Source of the DNA: Sphingomonadaceae bacterium
GTDB lineage: Bacteria > Chloroflexota > UBA6077
Assembly (NCBI GenBank): GCA_050261575.1
Contig: JBLNDL010000045.1
Coordinates: forward strand, 1 to 55,008
Length of the DNA: 55,008 nucleotides
Direction: 5' to 3'
Shown: piece by piece, positions 29,765-39,590 of the stretch
Layout of the letters: the number at the start of each line of letters is the position of its first letter
Numbering within the stretch: position 1 is the stretch's first letter
Position numbers and translations under genes: made by a program
Notes under the pieces: generated by a model
What the model was told of the DNA's origin: nothing
What the model saw: the letters and a program-made list of their open reading frames with translations, nothing else
Databases searched by the model: none

Positions 29765-32700
29765 ATGACCACCGCGAAGAAGAATCGTCTCTACCGTCCT
29801 GTACCGAGCAAGGTGGACTTCGTCGCTCAGGAGCACGACGTCCTCCGCTTCTGGCGGAGTAGCCAGGCCTTCGAGCGGCTGATGGAACGGAACCGCGGCA
29901 ACCCAACGTTCTCCTTCCTGGATGGCCCGATCACGGCCAACAATCCCATGGGGGCCCACCACGCCTGGGGAAGGAGCTACAAGGACCTGTTTCAGCGCTT
30001 CAAGGCGATGCAGGGGTTCGATCAACGGTTCCAGAACGGTTTCGACTGCCAGGGGCTCTGGGTCGAGGTCGAGGTGGAGCGGGAGTTGGGCCTCAACTCC
30101 AAGCGGGACATCGAGCAGTACGGCCTCGCCAACTTCTCGCGCCGGTGTCGCGCCCGCGTGGAGCGGTACTCCGCCATCCAGACGGAGCAGTCGATCCGCC
30201 TGGGCCAGTGGATGGACTGGCCCAACTCCTACTACACGATGTCGGACACCAACATCGAGTACATTTGGCACTTCCTCAAGCGCTGCCACGAAAGGGGCTG
30301 GCTGTACGAGGGAAGCCGCGTGAACCCCTGGTGTGTTCGATGTGGCACCTCACTCTCGCAGCACGAGCTGATCGACTCCTACCGGGAGGTCACCCATGCT
30401 TCGGTCTTCGTGAAGCTCCCGATCGTGGGCAGGCACAGGGAGTACCTCCTGGTGTGGACCACTACCCCCTGGACCCTGGCCGCTAACACCGCGGCCGCGG
30501 TCCATCCGGACCTGCGCTACGTGGAGGTTGTCCAGGGCGAGGATCACTACTACTTGTCACGCGGCACCCTGGCGGGCCTCAGAGGACCCTACGAGGTGGT
30601 CCGCTCCCTGAAGGGCAGCGAGCTAGTCGGTCTGGCCTACGAGCCTCCACTGGAGGAGCTTCCGGCCCAGCGCGGGCTCCTGCACAGGGTCGTGCCCTGG
30701 GACGCGGTGGGTGAGGAGGAGGGTACCGGCATCGTGCACGTAGCTCCCGGCTGTGGGGCTGAAGACTTCGAGCTGGGCAAGCTCCACAGCCTACCGGTCC
30801 TCGTGCCGATCGACGAGAACGGGGTCTACCTCGAAGGCTACGCCTTCCTGACGGGGCAGGACGTGCAGCGGGTGGCATCGGAGATCATGGCCAATCTCCA
30901 GGCGAAAGGGAAGCTCTACGCAGTCGCAGACTACACCCACCGGTACCCAGTGTGTTGGAGGTGCGGGGAGCAACTGGTGTTCCGCTTGGTCCACGAGTGG
31001 TTCCTGTCGGTGCAGCAGATACGTCCCGCGCTGCTGGAGGCATCCCGGCGGGTGCGATGGCACCCGCCCTACGCCGCCGCTCGCATGGAGGACTGGCTCA
31101 CCAGCATGGGGGACTGGTGCATCTCTCGGAAGCGGTATTGGGGTCTTCCCTTGCCGATCTTCCTTTGCCACGACTGCGACCAGCACACCGTGCTGGGCTC
31201 TCGGAGAGAGCTGGAGGACCTGGCCCTCACCGGTCTGGAGCAGTTGGAGGAACTGCATCGCCCCTGGATCGACTTCGTGAAGATACGCTGTACCCATTGT
31301 GGCGGCTTCGCCGAGCGGATCACGGAGGTGGGCGACGCCTGGCTCGATGCGGGAATCGTCCCCTTCTCGACCCTGCGCTACCTCGAAGACAGGTCCTACT
31401 GGGAGAGGTGGTTTCCTGCGGACCTGGTCGTCGAGATGCGGGAGCAGATCCGTCTATGGTTCTACTCGCTGCTCTTCATGAGCGTGACGCTGGAGGGGGT
31501 CGCTCCCTACCGCGAGGTGCTGGTGTACGAGAAGATGAACGACGAGCAGGGCAGGCCGATGCACAAGAGTCTGGGCAACGCCATCTGGCTCGACGAGGCT
31601 GTCGAAAAGATGGGCGCCGACGTGATGCGGTGGCTCTTCTGCTCCCACAATCCGCAGATCAACCTCAACTTCGGCTACGGTCCGGCCGACGAGGTGAAGC
31701 GGAAGCTGCTCACCCTGTGGAACGTCTACTCCTTCTACGTCACCTACGCGAACGTCGACCGGTTCGATCCCTCACGGCACGCGATGCCGCCGGAGGATCG
31801 CCCACCCCTGGATCGGTGGCTGATCTCACGCCTTCACCAGACCGTCCTGGACGTCACGACTCGACTGGAGGGGTACGATCCGGCCGGTGCCACCAGGGCG
31901 ATCGAGGAGTTCGTTGGGGACCTGTCGAACTGGTACCTGCGGCGGAGCCGCCGCCGCTTTTGGAAGCCGGGGGAGGACGCGGACAAGATCGCCGCCTACC
32001 TTACCCTCTACGAGGCGCTTGCCACGGTGGTCCGCCTGATTGCCCCCATCGCCCCTTTCCTGTCCGAAACGATCTACCAGAACCTGGCCAGGTCTGTGGA
32101 CCCCGCGGCGCCGGGGAGCGTCCACCACTGCCCTTGGCCGGTGGCTCAGCCTGAGGCGATTGACCGGGGACTCATCGAGGGGATGGAGATCGCGCTCAGG
32201 CTGGTCGGGCTGGGGAGGTCGGCCCGAAATCAATCGGGTATAAAGGTGCGGCAGCCGCTGGCCGGCGTGCGTATCGTGGTGCCGTCTCCCCGCGAGGAGG
32301 CGCAGGTAGCGCAGTTCCTAGATCAGGTGCGCGACGAGCTGAACGTGAAGTCCGTGACCTTCCTGTCACGGGCGGAGGAGGTGGTCCGCCGCGTGGTGAG
32401 GCCCAAGCGAGAGGTGCTGGGGCCGAAGTACGGGCGAGAGTTCCCGCATATCCTCAGGGCCTTGGAGGAGCGTCGGTACCGACTGCTGGAGGACGGCTCC
32501 GTGGAGGTGGCCGGCCACCGGCTCGGGCCCGAGGAGGTCGAGGTGGCGGTGGAGCCCCTCCCGGGGCTCGCAGCGGTCGAGTCTGGGGGCTATCTGCTGG
32601 CTCTGGAGACCGAAATCACACCCGAGTTGAGGGCCGAGGGGCTCGCCCGGGAGCTTGCCCGCCGGATACAGGAGATGCGCAAGGAGGCAGGGTTCGATGT

Positions 32701-32926
32701 CGACGATCGGATCGTAACCTCCTACGAGGCGAGTCCGGCGCTGGAAAAGGTGCTTCGTGACTACCGAGACTATCTGAGCCAGGAGACACTCTCCACCCGT
32801 CTGGTTCGAGGGCTAGAGCCCGGCAGCCACACCTGGTCGGGGTCTATCGACGGTGAGAAGGCAACTCTGGGGGTGAGGCGCCACGGCCGGCGGCGGGAGC
32901 GCGAGCCCCGCGCAGCAGCGGCGTGA
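29765..32926 (+). CDS. ileS: Isoleucine-tRNA ligase-like, divergent type 2 paralog (copy B; GAHH/PMHKS)
   Basis: DGPITANN, GFDCQGLWVE, WTTTPWTL, GTGIVH, SRKRYWGLPLP, DAWLDAG, LSNWYLRRSRRRFW, EGLARELARRIQEMRK; AAGGAGG RBS. Confidence 0.88.
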   Translation: MTTAKKNRLYRPVPSKVDFVAQEHDVLRFWRSSQAFERLMERNRGNPTFSFLDGPITANNPMGAHHAWGRSYKDLFQRFKAMQGFDQRFQNGFDCQGLWVEVEVERELGLNSKRDIEQYGLANFSRRCRARVERYSAIQTEQSIRLGQWMDWPNSYYTMSDTNIEYIWHFLKRCHERGWLYEGSRVNPWCVRCGTSLSQHELIDSYREVTHASVFVKLPIVGRHREYLLVWTTTPWTLAANTAAAVHPDLRYVEVVQGEDHYYLSRGTLAGLRGPYEVVRSLKGSELVGLAYEPPLEELPAQRGLLHRVVPWDAVGEEEGTGIVHVAPGCGAEDFELGKLHSLPVLVPIDENGVYLEGYAFLTGQDVQRVASEIMANLQAKGKLYAVADYTHRYPVCWRCGEQLVFRLVHEWFLSVQQIRPALLEASRRVRWHPPYAAARMEDWLTSMGDWCISRKRYWGLPLPIFLCHDCDQHTVLGSRRELEDLALTGLEQLEELHRPWIDFVKIRCTHCGGFAERITEVGDAWLDAGIVPFSTLRYLEDRSYWERWFPADLVVEMREQIRLWFYSLLFMSVTLEGVAPYREVLVYEKMNDEQGRPMHKSLGNAIWLDEAVEKMGADVMRWLFCSHNPQINLNFGYGPADEVKRKLLTLWNVYSFYVTYANVDRFDPSRHAMPPEDRPPLDRWLISRLHQTVLDVTTRLEGYDPAGATRAIEEFVGDLSNWYLRRSRRRFWKPGEDADKIAAYLTLYEALATVVRLIAPIAPFLSETIYQNLARSVDPAAPGSVHHCPWPVAQPEAIDRGLIEGMEIALRLVGLGRSARNQSGIKVRQPLAGVRIVVPSPREEAQVAQFLDQVRDELNVKSVTFLSRAEEVVRRVVRPKREVLGPKYGREFPHILRALEERRYRLLEDGSVEVAGHRLGPEEVEVAVEPLPGLAAVESGGYLLALETEITPELRAEGLARELARRIQEMRKEAGFDVDDRIVTSYEASPALEKVLRDYRDYLSQETLSTRLVRGLEPGSHTWSGSIDGEKATLGVRRHGRRREREPRAAAA

Positions 32927-32983
32927 CCGGGGCGGTGGGGTATACTGTAGGGTGGGTTCACGAGGGACCGGCGAATCGGGCTT

Positions 32984-33053
32984 GGAGGGTGAGCCTCCTG
33001 GCGAGCCGGCCGGAACGTGGAGAAGCCTCGGCTAGGCAAGAGCATCACCCTCC
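32984..33053. repeat. GGAG-type paired REP-like element
   Basis: GGAGGGTGAGCCTCCTGGCGAGCCG inverted against CGGCTAGGCAAGAGCATCACCCTCC. Confidence 0.55.
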
Positions 33054-33123
33054 GATAGGGCTTCGCCTTCAGGAAGTCTACGCGCTGGGGAACAGCCGAT
33101 TCGGCCGTGACGGAGGTGGGAGG

Positions 33124-33339
33124 ATGGCGCAGCGGGAAGTGCGGGTGGCGACCTTCGAGACCGAGACCGAGGCGGTGATGTGGTCCGAGGCTCTCCAAAG
33201 AGAGGGGATTCCCACGGTGTTGGTGCCGCTTGCTCACGGCGCGGGGCTGGGGGCCACCGTGTGGCGACCGTTCGAGCTGCGGGTTAGGGAGGGCGACGTC
33301 TCGCGGGCGAGGGAGATCCTCGGGCTCGGCGACGCCTGA
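33124..33339 (+). CDS. Small DUF2007-like (putative signal-transducing) protein
   Basis: VATFETETEAVMWSEALQREGIP..ELRVREGDVSRAREIL pattern; GGAGG RBS. Confidence 0.7.
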   Translation: MAQREVRVATFETETEAVMWSEALQREGIPTVLVPLAHGAGLGATVWRPFELRVREGDVSRAREILGLGDA

Positions 33340-33467
33340 GAGGATGTTAGACCGGGAATGCGGATGCGACGAGGCTCGTCCCAACCGGCACCACCTGATT
33401 CTGCGGCGCAGACGGTGCCGGCTGGCGCTCCGGCTGGGATCATCGACCGGCGACGCTTTCGCGCGCC

Positions 33468-33914
33468 CTACCAGATTCCCAGCGCGTCCTTCGCTTCTTC
33501 GGAGGCCATGGAGTAGGGGTCCCAGGGAGGGCTCCACACCAGGTCCACATGCACCTGCTTGACATCCGGGAATCGCTTGCTGACGGCACCGTGCACCAGC
33601 GCCTGCAGCATGGGGCCGATCGGGCAGCCCGGACTGGTCAGCGTCATCCTCACTCGCACCGACCTGTCCTCGATCTCCACCCCGTACACCAGCCCCAGGT
33701 CCACGATGTTGATGGCCAACTCGGGGTCGTGCACCTCCTTGAGCGACTCCATCACGGCCTCGGCGGTGGGAGTGCCCGGCTGACCGCCGTCCACCCGAGG
33801 CTGCTCGTCTGTACGATCCTTCACCTCCCTCACCTCCGTTCTCTCGACGGCCGAACGGGGCCGTTTGCTGATCACCCGCTCCCAGAGGCTGCCGAGGGCC
33901 CTACCCTTGCCCAT
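33468..33914 (-). CDS. sufT: Fe-S assembly factor SufT (DUF59)
   Basis: LKEVHDPELAINIVDLGLVY, MTLTSPGCP, LVWSPPW; real start may be about 30 codons downstream. Confidence 0.9.
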   Translation of the reverse strand: MGKGRALGSLWERVISKRPRSAVERTEVREVKDRTDEQPRVDGGQPGTPTAEAVMESLKEVHDPELAINIVDLGLVYGVEIEDRSVRVRMTLTSPGCPIGPMLQALVHGAVSKRFPDVKQVHVDLVWSPPWDPYSMASEEAKDALGIW

Positions 33915-34377
33915 TCACGGCCTCCCTCCTGTTCCCCTTATCGTGCAGTTCCAGCGCTTCCAGCAGCGTGTTCCAGGCCAGGAGGGCACACTTGATACGA
34001 ACGGGGTAGCCCTTCACGCCCTCGAGCGACTCCAGGTCACCCAGCGCCTCGTACTCCTCCTCATCGAGATCCCGATTCTCCAGCAGCATCCCCTTGAAGG
34101 TGGATATGAGTCCCCGCACCTCCGAGATCGGCTTTCCCTTGATCCGCTCGGACATCATGGAGGCTGAGGACTGGCTGATGGAGCAGCCTTTGCCCAGGAT
34201 CTTCACGTCGGCGATCCGGTCGCCCTCCAGCCGGAGGGACAGCTCCAGTTCGTCGCCGCACAGCGGGTTGCGTCCGCGGGTGGCCACGTCTGGATCCTCG
34301 ATCAACCCGCGGTTTCGGGGGTTGCGGTAGTGGTCCAGGATTATGTCCTTGTAGAGGTCATCCAAGGATGAAACCAC
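33901..34377 (-). CDS. sufU: SUF sulfur-transfer/scaffold protein SufU
   Basis: LYKDIILDHYRNPRN, NPLCGD, GCSISQSSAS, PVRIKCALLAW. Confidence 0.95.
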   Translation of the reverse strand: MVSSLDDLYKDIILDHYRNPRNRGLIEDPDVATRGRNPLCGDELELSLRLEGDRIADVKILGKGCSISQSSASMMSERIKGKPISEVRGLISTFKGMLLENRDLDEEEYEALGDLESLEGVKGYPVRIKCALLAWNTLLEALELHDKGNRREAVNGQG

Positions 34378-35614
34378 CCATGACCTCCTTAGCCCTGTTC
34401 AACGCGCCGACCAGAACGTCGACCTCGTCCTTCGTGTTGTAGATGTAGAAGCTGGCCCGGGCCGTGGAAGCGACGTCCAGCCACTTCATAAGCGGCTGAC
34501 AGCAGTGGTGCCCCGCACGGATGGCGACTCCCTCCTGATCGAGGATCGTCCCGACATCGTGGGGGTGCACGTCTGGGAAGTTGAAGCTGATCACACCGCC
34601 GCGGATATGGGGATCGCGTGGCCCGAACAGCATCAGATCCTTCACACCCGCCAGCTTCTGCAGGGCGTATTCGGTGAGCTCGATCTCGTGCCGGCGGACG
34701 TTCTCCATCCCCAATCGCTGCAGGTAGTCGATGGCGACTCCCAGCCCCACGGCGCCCGCAACGTTCGGTGTCCCCGCCTCGAACTTGTACGGGATGTCGT
34801 TCCAGGTGGCGGTCTCGCACGTCACGTCCATGATCATGCTACCGCCGCCCATGAAGGGGTCCATCTCCTCCAGCAGCTCCTCTCGGGCGTACAGCACGCC
34901 GATGCCGGTCGGCCCCAGCATCTTGTGCCCCGAGAAGGCCAGGAAGTCGCAGCCCAGTTCGTTCACGTCCACCGGCATGTGTGGAACGCTCTGCGCGCCG
35001 TCGGCCAGCATCAGGGCGCCTTTCGCGTGGGCCAGGTCGGCAAGCTGGCGGACCGGATTGATGGTGCCCAGGACGTTCGACATGTGGCTCACCGCCACCA
35101 GCCGCGTGCGATCGTTGATCAACTCGTCCACGTTGGCTAGGTTCATCGTCCCGTCGACGTTCAGATGGATGAAGCGGAGCTTCGCGCCGGTCTCCTTCGC
35201 CACCAACTGCCACGGGATCAGGTTGCTGTGGTGCTCCATCCGGCTGAGCAGGATCTCGTCCCCCTGCTTCAGCCTCTTCCGTGCCCAAGCCAGCGCCACG
35301 AGGTTGATCGCCTCGGTGGCGTTCCGGACGAAGACCACGCTCCTCGGGCTCCTAGCCTTGATGAACCGAGCCACCTTCGTTCTGGCCTGCTCGTAGGCGT
35401 CGGTCGCCTCGTCGCTCAGGGTGTGGATACCCCGATGGACGTTGGCGTTGTACTCCTCGTAGTACCGGGCCAGCGCTTCTATCACGACCCTGGGCTTCTG
35501 GGACGTCGCAGCGCTGTCGAGGTACACCAGAGGCTTGCCACGTATCTGCCGCTGCAGGATCGGGAAGTCCTGCCGTATCGTTGCTACGTCGAAGGTTGTC
35601 TTCGTCTTCTGCAC
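34358..35614 (-). CDS. sufS: Cysteine desulfurase SufS
   Basis: YLDSAATSQKP, NANVHRG, MEHHSN, SGHKMLGPTG, FEAGTP, RAGHHC. Confidence 0.96.
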   Translation of the reverse strand: MQKTKTTFDVATIRQDFPILQRQIRGKPLVYLDSAATSQKPRVVIEALARYYEEYNANVHRGIHTLSDEATDAYEQARTKVARFIKARSPRSVVFVRNATEAINLVALAWARKRLKQGDEILLSRMEHHSNLIPWQLVAKETGAKLRFIHLNVDGTMNLANVDELINDRTRLVAVSHMSNVLGTINPVRQLADLAHAKGALMLADGAQSVPHMPVDVNELGCDFLAFSGHKMLGPTGIGVLYAREELLEEMDPFMGGGSMIMDVTCETATWNDIPYKFEAGTPNVAGAVGLGVAIDYLQRLGMENVRRHEIELTEYALQKLAGVKDLMLFGPRDPHIRGGVISFNFPDVHPHDVGTILDQEGVAIRAGHHCCQPLMKWLDVASTARASFYIYNTKDEVDVLVGALNRAKEVMGGFILG

Positions 35615-35650
35615 GGTCTCACTCCCATGTGAGCTAGCGAGTGCTGCTCG

Positions 35651-36991
35651 CTATCTCCCCAGCTTCGCGTCGATGGCCTCGCGGATCCGCTCCTTGACGG
35701 TCTCGAGCGGGATTCGTTCCATCACGGGCTCGAAGAAGCCCCTCACTATCATCCGCTCGGCGGCCTCTCTCGGCAAGCCCCTCGCCATCAGGTAGAACAC
35801 CTGCTCCTCGTCGATCGGCCCCACGGTCGCCCCGTGCGTGCAGCGCACGTCGTTGGCCTCTATCTCCAGCTTCGGCATGGAGTCCGCCCGCGCGTGCTCG
35901 CTGAGGACCAGATTCCGGTTTGCCTGGTAGGCGTCGGTTCTCTGGGCGTCTTTGTGGACCCGAATCATGCCCGAGTACTCCGAGCGGGCGCGATCCGCCA
36001 GTGCGGCCTTGTACAGCAGGTCGCTGGTGGTGTTGGGTGCCAGATGGTCTTGCAGGGTGTGGTGGTGGAAGCGCTGGTCTCCGTCGGCGAACATGATCCC
36101 CACCATGGACACGCTTGCCCCCGGCTCCGCCAGGCGCGACTCCACCCAGGACTTAGTCAGCTTGCTGCCCAGCACCAACGAGAGGGCCGTGAGCTGAGAG
36201 TCCCTCTGCTGGAGCGCCCGCTGAGTCCCGAGGCTGAAGACCGAGCGACCCCAGCGCTGCAGGGCGACGTACCGCGCCCTGGCGCCCGCGCTCAGGGAGA
36301 GCTCCACCACGCTGTTGGCCAGGGCCGGGCCCCGATCCTCGGGGGACGCCACCTCGTCCACGAAGACCACGTTCGCACCGGGCTCCACCACCACCAGAGT
36401 GTGGGGCATGACGGCGAGACCGCTGCGATCGGCCCACGTGAGAGTCTGGATAGGCAACTCCACCTCCACGTTCTGCGGGACGTACAGGAAGGTTCCGCCG
36501 CTCCAGAAGGCGTAGTGCAGGGCGGTGAACCGTGCCTCGTGCGGCGCCACGACGGAGCCGAGGTGGCGCCGCACGAGGTCCGGGTGCTCTCGTACCGCGA
36601 CGTCCAAGTCCGCCAGGATAACTCCCTTGGCAGCCGCCTCCTCCGACAGGGAGCGGTAGCTACCCGCGGAGTTGTGATGCACCAGGAGGCCACTCCGAGG
36701 GGCGGTCTCGTTCAGTTCAGATCGCAGCTCGGCGGACAGCTCGTCCCATCGGGAGGCGACCGCCGATGGCTCGGCGAACGGCGTCACGGCCTCCAGATCG
36801 AGCGCGCTGAGGTCGGTCCGACGCCACTCCTCCTCCTTGCGGGACGGCGCCGGCATCCGCTCGAAGGCGCGCCACGCCTCGAGCCGCATCTCCAGTAGCC
36901 ACTCCGGCTCGCCTCTGGACCGCGATAGCACGTTGAGGGCCTCCTCTGAGAAGCCGCCTCCGGTTGTCAGTCTCTTGGCTTCTACACTCAT
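35651..36991 (-). CDS. sufD: Fe-S cluster assembly protein SufD
   Basis: EEWRRTDL, HLAPNTTSDLLYK, PKLEIEANDVRCTHGATVG, FYLMARG. Confidence 0.95.
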   Translation of the reverse strand: MSVEAKRLTTGGGFSEEALNVLSRSRGEPEWLLEMRLEAWRAFERMPAPSRKEEEWRRTDLSALDLEAVTPFAEPSAVASRWDELSAELRSELNETAPRSGLLVHHNSAGSYRSLSEEAAAKGVILADLDVAVREHPDLVRRHLGSVVAPHEARFTALHYAFWSGGTFLYVPQNVEVELPIQTLTWADRSGLAVMPHTLVVVEPGANVVFVDEVASPEDRGPALANSVVELSLSAGARARYVALQRWGRSVFSLGTQRALQQRDSQLTALSLVLGSKLTKSWVESRLAEPGASVSMVGIMFADGDQRFHHHTLQDHLAPNTTSDLLYKAALADRARSEYSGMIRVHKDAQRTDAYQANRNLVLSEHARADSMPKLEIEANDVRCTHGATVGPIDEEQVFYLMARGLPREAAERMIVRGFFEPVMERIPLETVKERIREAIDAKLGR

Positions 36992-36998
36992 CGGCTTC

Positions 36999-38385
36999 TC
37001 ACCCCACACTGCCTTCCATCTCGAGCTGGATCAGCCGGTTCAACTCCACCGCGTACTCCATCGGCAGCTCCTTAGTGAAGGGCTCGATGAAGCCGTTGAC
37101 GATCATCATGATGGCATCGTTCTCGCTGATGCCGCGGCTCATGAGGTAGAAGAGCTGCTCCTCACCGATCTTGGTCACCGACGCCTCGTGGCCGATCTCG
37201 ACCCTCTCCTCGTCGATCTCGATGTAGGGATAGGTGTCGGTCCGCGAGTCCTCGTCCAGCAGGAGGGCGTCGCACCGCACGTTGCTCTTGGCGCCGGTGG
37301 CACCGTCGTGGACCTTCAGGAGCCCTCGATAGCTCGCCCGCCCTCCATCCTTGCTGATCGACTTGCTGGTGACCGTGCTGGTGGTGTTGGGGGCCCTATG
37401 CACCACCTTGCCTCCAGCGTCCTGAACCTGACCCCTTCCCGCGAAGGCGATGGAGAGAATCTCGGCCCTCGCCCCCTCGCCCATCAGGTATACGGCCGGG
37501 TACTTCATGGTCACCTTGCTGCCCAGGTTGCCGTCGATCCACTCTACGGTCGCGCCCTCGTAGGCGAACGCGCGCTTGGTAACCAGGTTGTACACGTTCT
37601 TGCTCCAGTTCTGGATGGTGGTGTAGCGGATCGTGGCCCCCGGCCTGGCGATCAGTTCCACCACCGCAGAGTGGAGCGAATCTGTCGTGTAGATGGGGGC
37701 AGTGCAGCCCTCGATGTAGTGGACGAAGCTGCCCTCCTCGGCGATGATGAGGGTTCGCTCGAACTGCCCCATGTTCTCGGCGTTGATCCTGAAGTATGCC
37801 TGCAAGGGGATATCCACCTTCACGCCCTTGGGCACGTAGACGAAGCTGCCCCCGCTCCAGACGGCGCTGTTGAGGGCGGCGAACTTGTTGTCGTTGTTCG
37901 AGATGACTGTGCCGAAGTGCTCGCGGACGATGTCCGGGTACTGTCGGAGGCCGGAGTCCATGTCCAGGAAGATGACTCCCTTCGCGGCGAGCTCCTCCCT
38001 GATGGAGTGGTACACCACCTCCGACTCGTACTGGGCGGAGACGCCGGCAAGGAACTTGCGCTCCGCCTCGGGTATCCCCAGCTTGTCGAACGTGTTCTTG
38101 ATGTATTCCGGCACCTCCTCCCACGTGCGCCCCTGCTTGTCGGTCGGGCGGACGTAGTAGAAGATGTTGTCGAAGTCTATGTCGGAGAGGTCCGCCCCCC
38201 AGGTGGGCATCGGGCGGGCCTTGAAGTACCTATATGCCTTCAGCCGGAAGTCGCGCATCCAGTCGGGCTCGCCCTTCATCCGGCTGATCTCCTCGACGAC
38301 CTCCTCGGTAAGCCCCCTCCTGCCCTTGAAGGCGTAGTCTTCCGGATCGTGGAAGCCGTACTTGTAGTCGCCCACCCCGAGGTCG

Positions 38386-38402
<17 letters not shown>
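36999..38402 (-). CDS. sufB: Fe-S cluster assembly protein SufB
   Basis: [51 protein letters not shown]; no intein. Confidence 0.97.
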
Positions 38403-39204
<802 letters not shown>

Positions 39205-39314
39205 TTCTCTCCTACTGCCGGCGCACCGGCCACTGCTTCACTTCGAGCCGGCCCCTTCCAGGGCCGTTCCCGCGGCCGCCGGCGTCCCCGGCGGGCCTCG
39301 TCGCTCCGACCGCG

Positions 39315-39377
39315 AATTTCCTACTAAAACCGTCGGATTTCGATGGCATTCTACCCCGGCGCAGCGGCCCTTGTCAA
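39315..39377 (-). promoter_or_regulatory. suf promoter with candidate Rrf2/IscR-like operator
   Basis: Minus-strand TTGACA (39377-39372)-18 nt-TAGAAT (39353-39348); imperfect palindrome AATTTCCTACTAAAACCGTCGGATTT at 39315-39340. Confidence 0.65.
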
Positions 39378-39433
39378 CCCTTCTCACTCGGTGGGGGTGC
39401 GGCGTGGCTTGGCAGGAGGCACCCGTTGGAATG

Positions 39434-39475
39434 GTAGGGGCGAAGCATTCACCTCGCCGAATGCTTCGCCCCTAC
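39434..39475. repeat. GTAG-type REP-like element
   Basis: Perfect 17-bp stem GTAGGGGCGAAGCATTC-8 nt-GAATGCTTCGCCCCTAC. Confidence 0.7.
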
Positions 39476-39590
39476 GACGCGATCCGGACTCCTTCCCGAA
39501 GGACTCGCCGCTACGTAGGTCGCGCGGCCCTCCCCGAGCGCGATGCATACCGCACACCCGATGGGACGGTCCGCTCCGCCGAACCTTATG

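Noticed and set aside
32945..33085. Possible 6S or SRP RNA (long hairpin after a TATACT box)
   Set aside because: No SRP GGAA-loop consensus and no clear 6S central bubble; the pairing is explained by a GGAG-type paired repeat. An Rfam scan would settle it.
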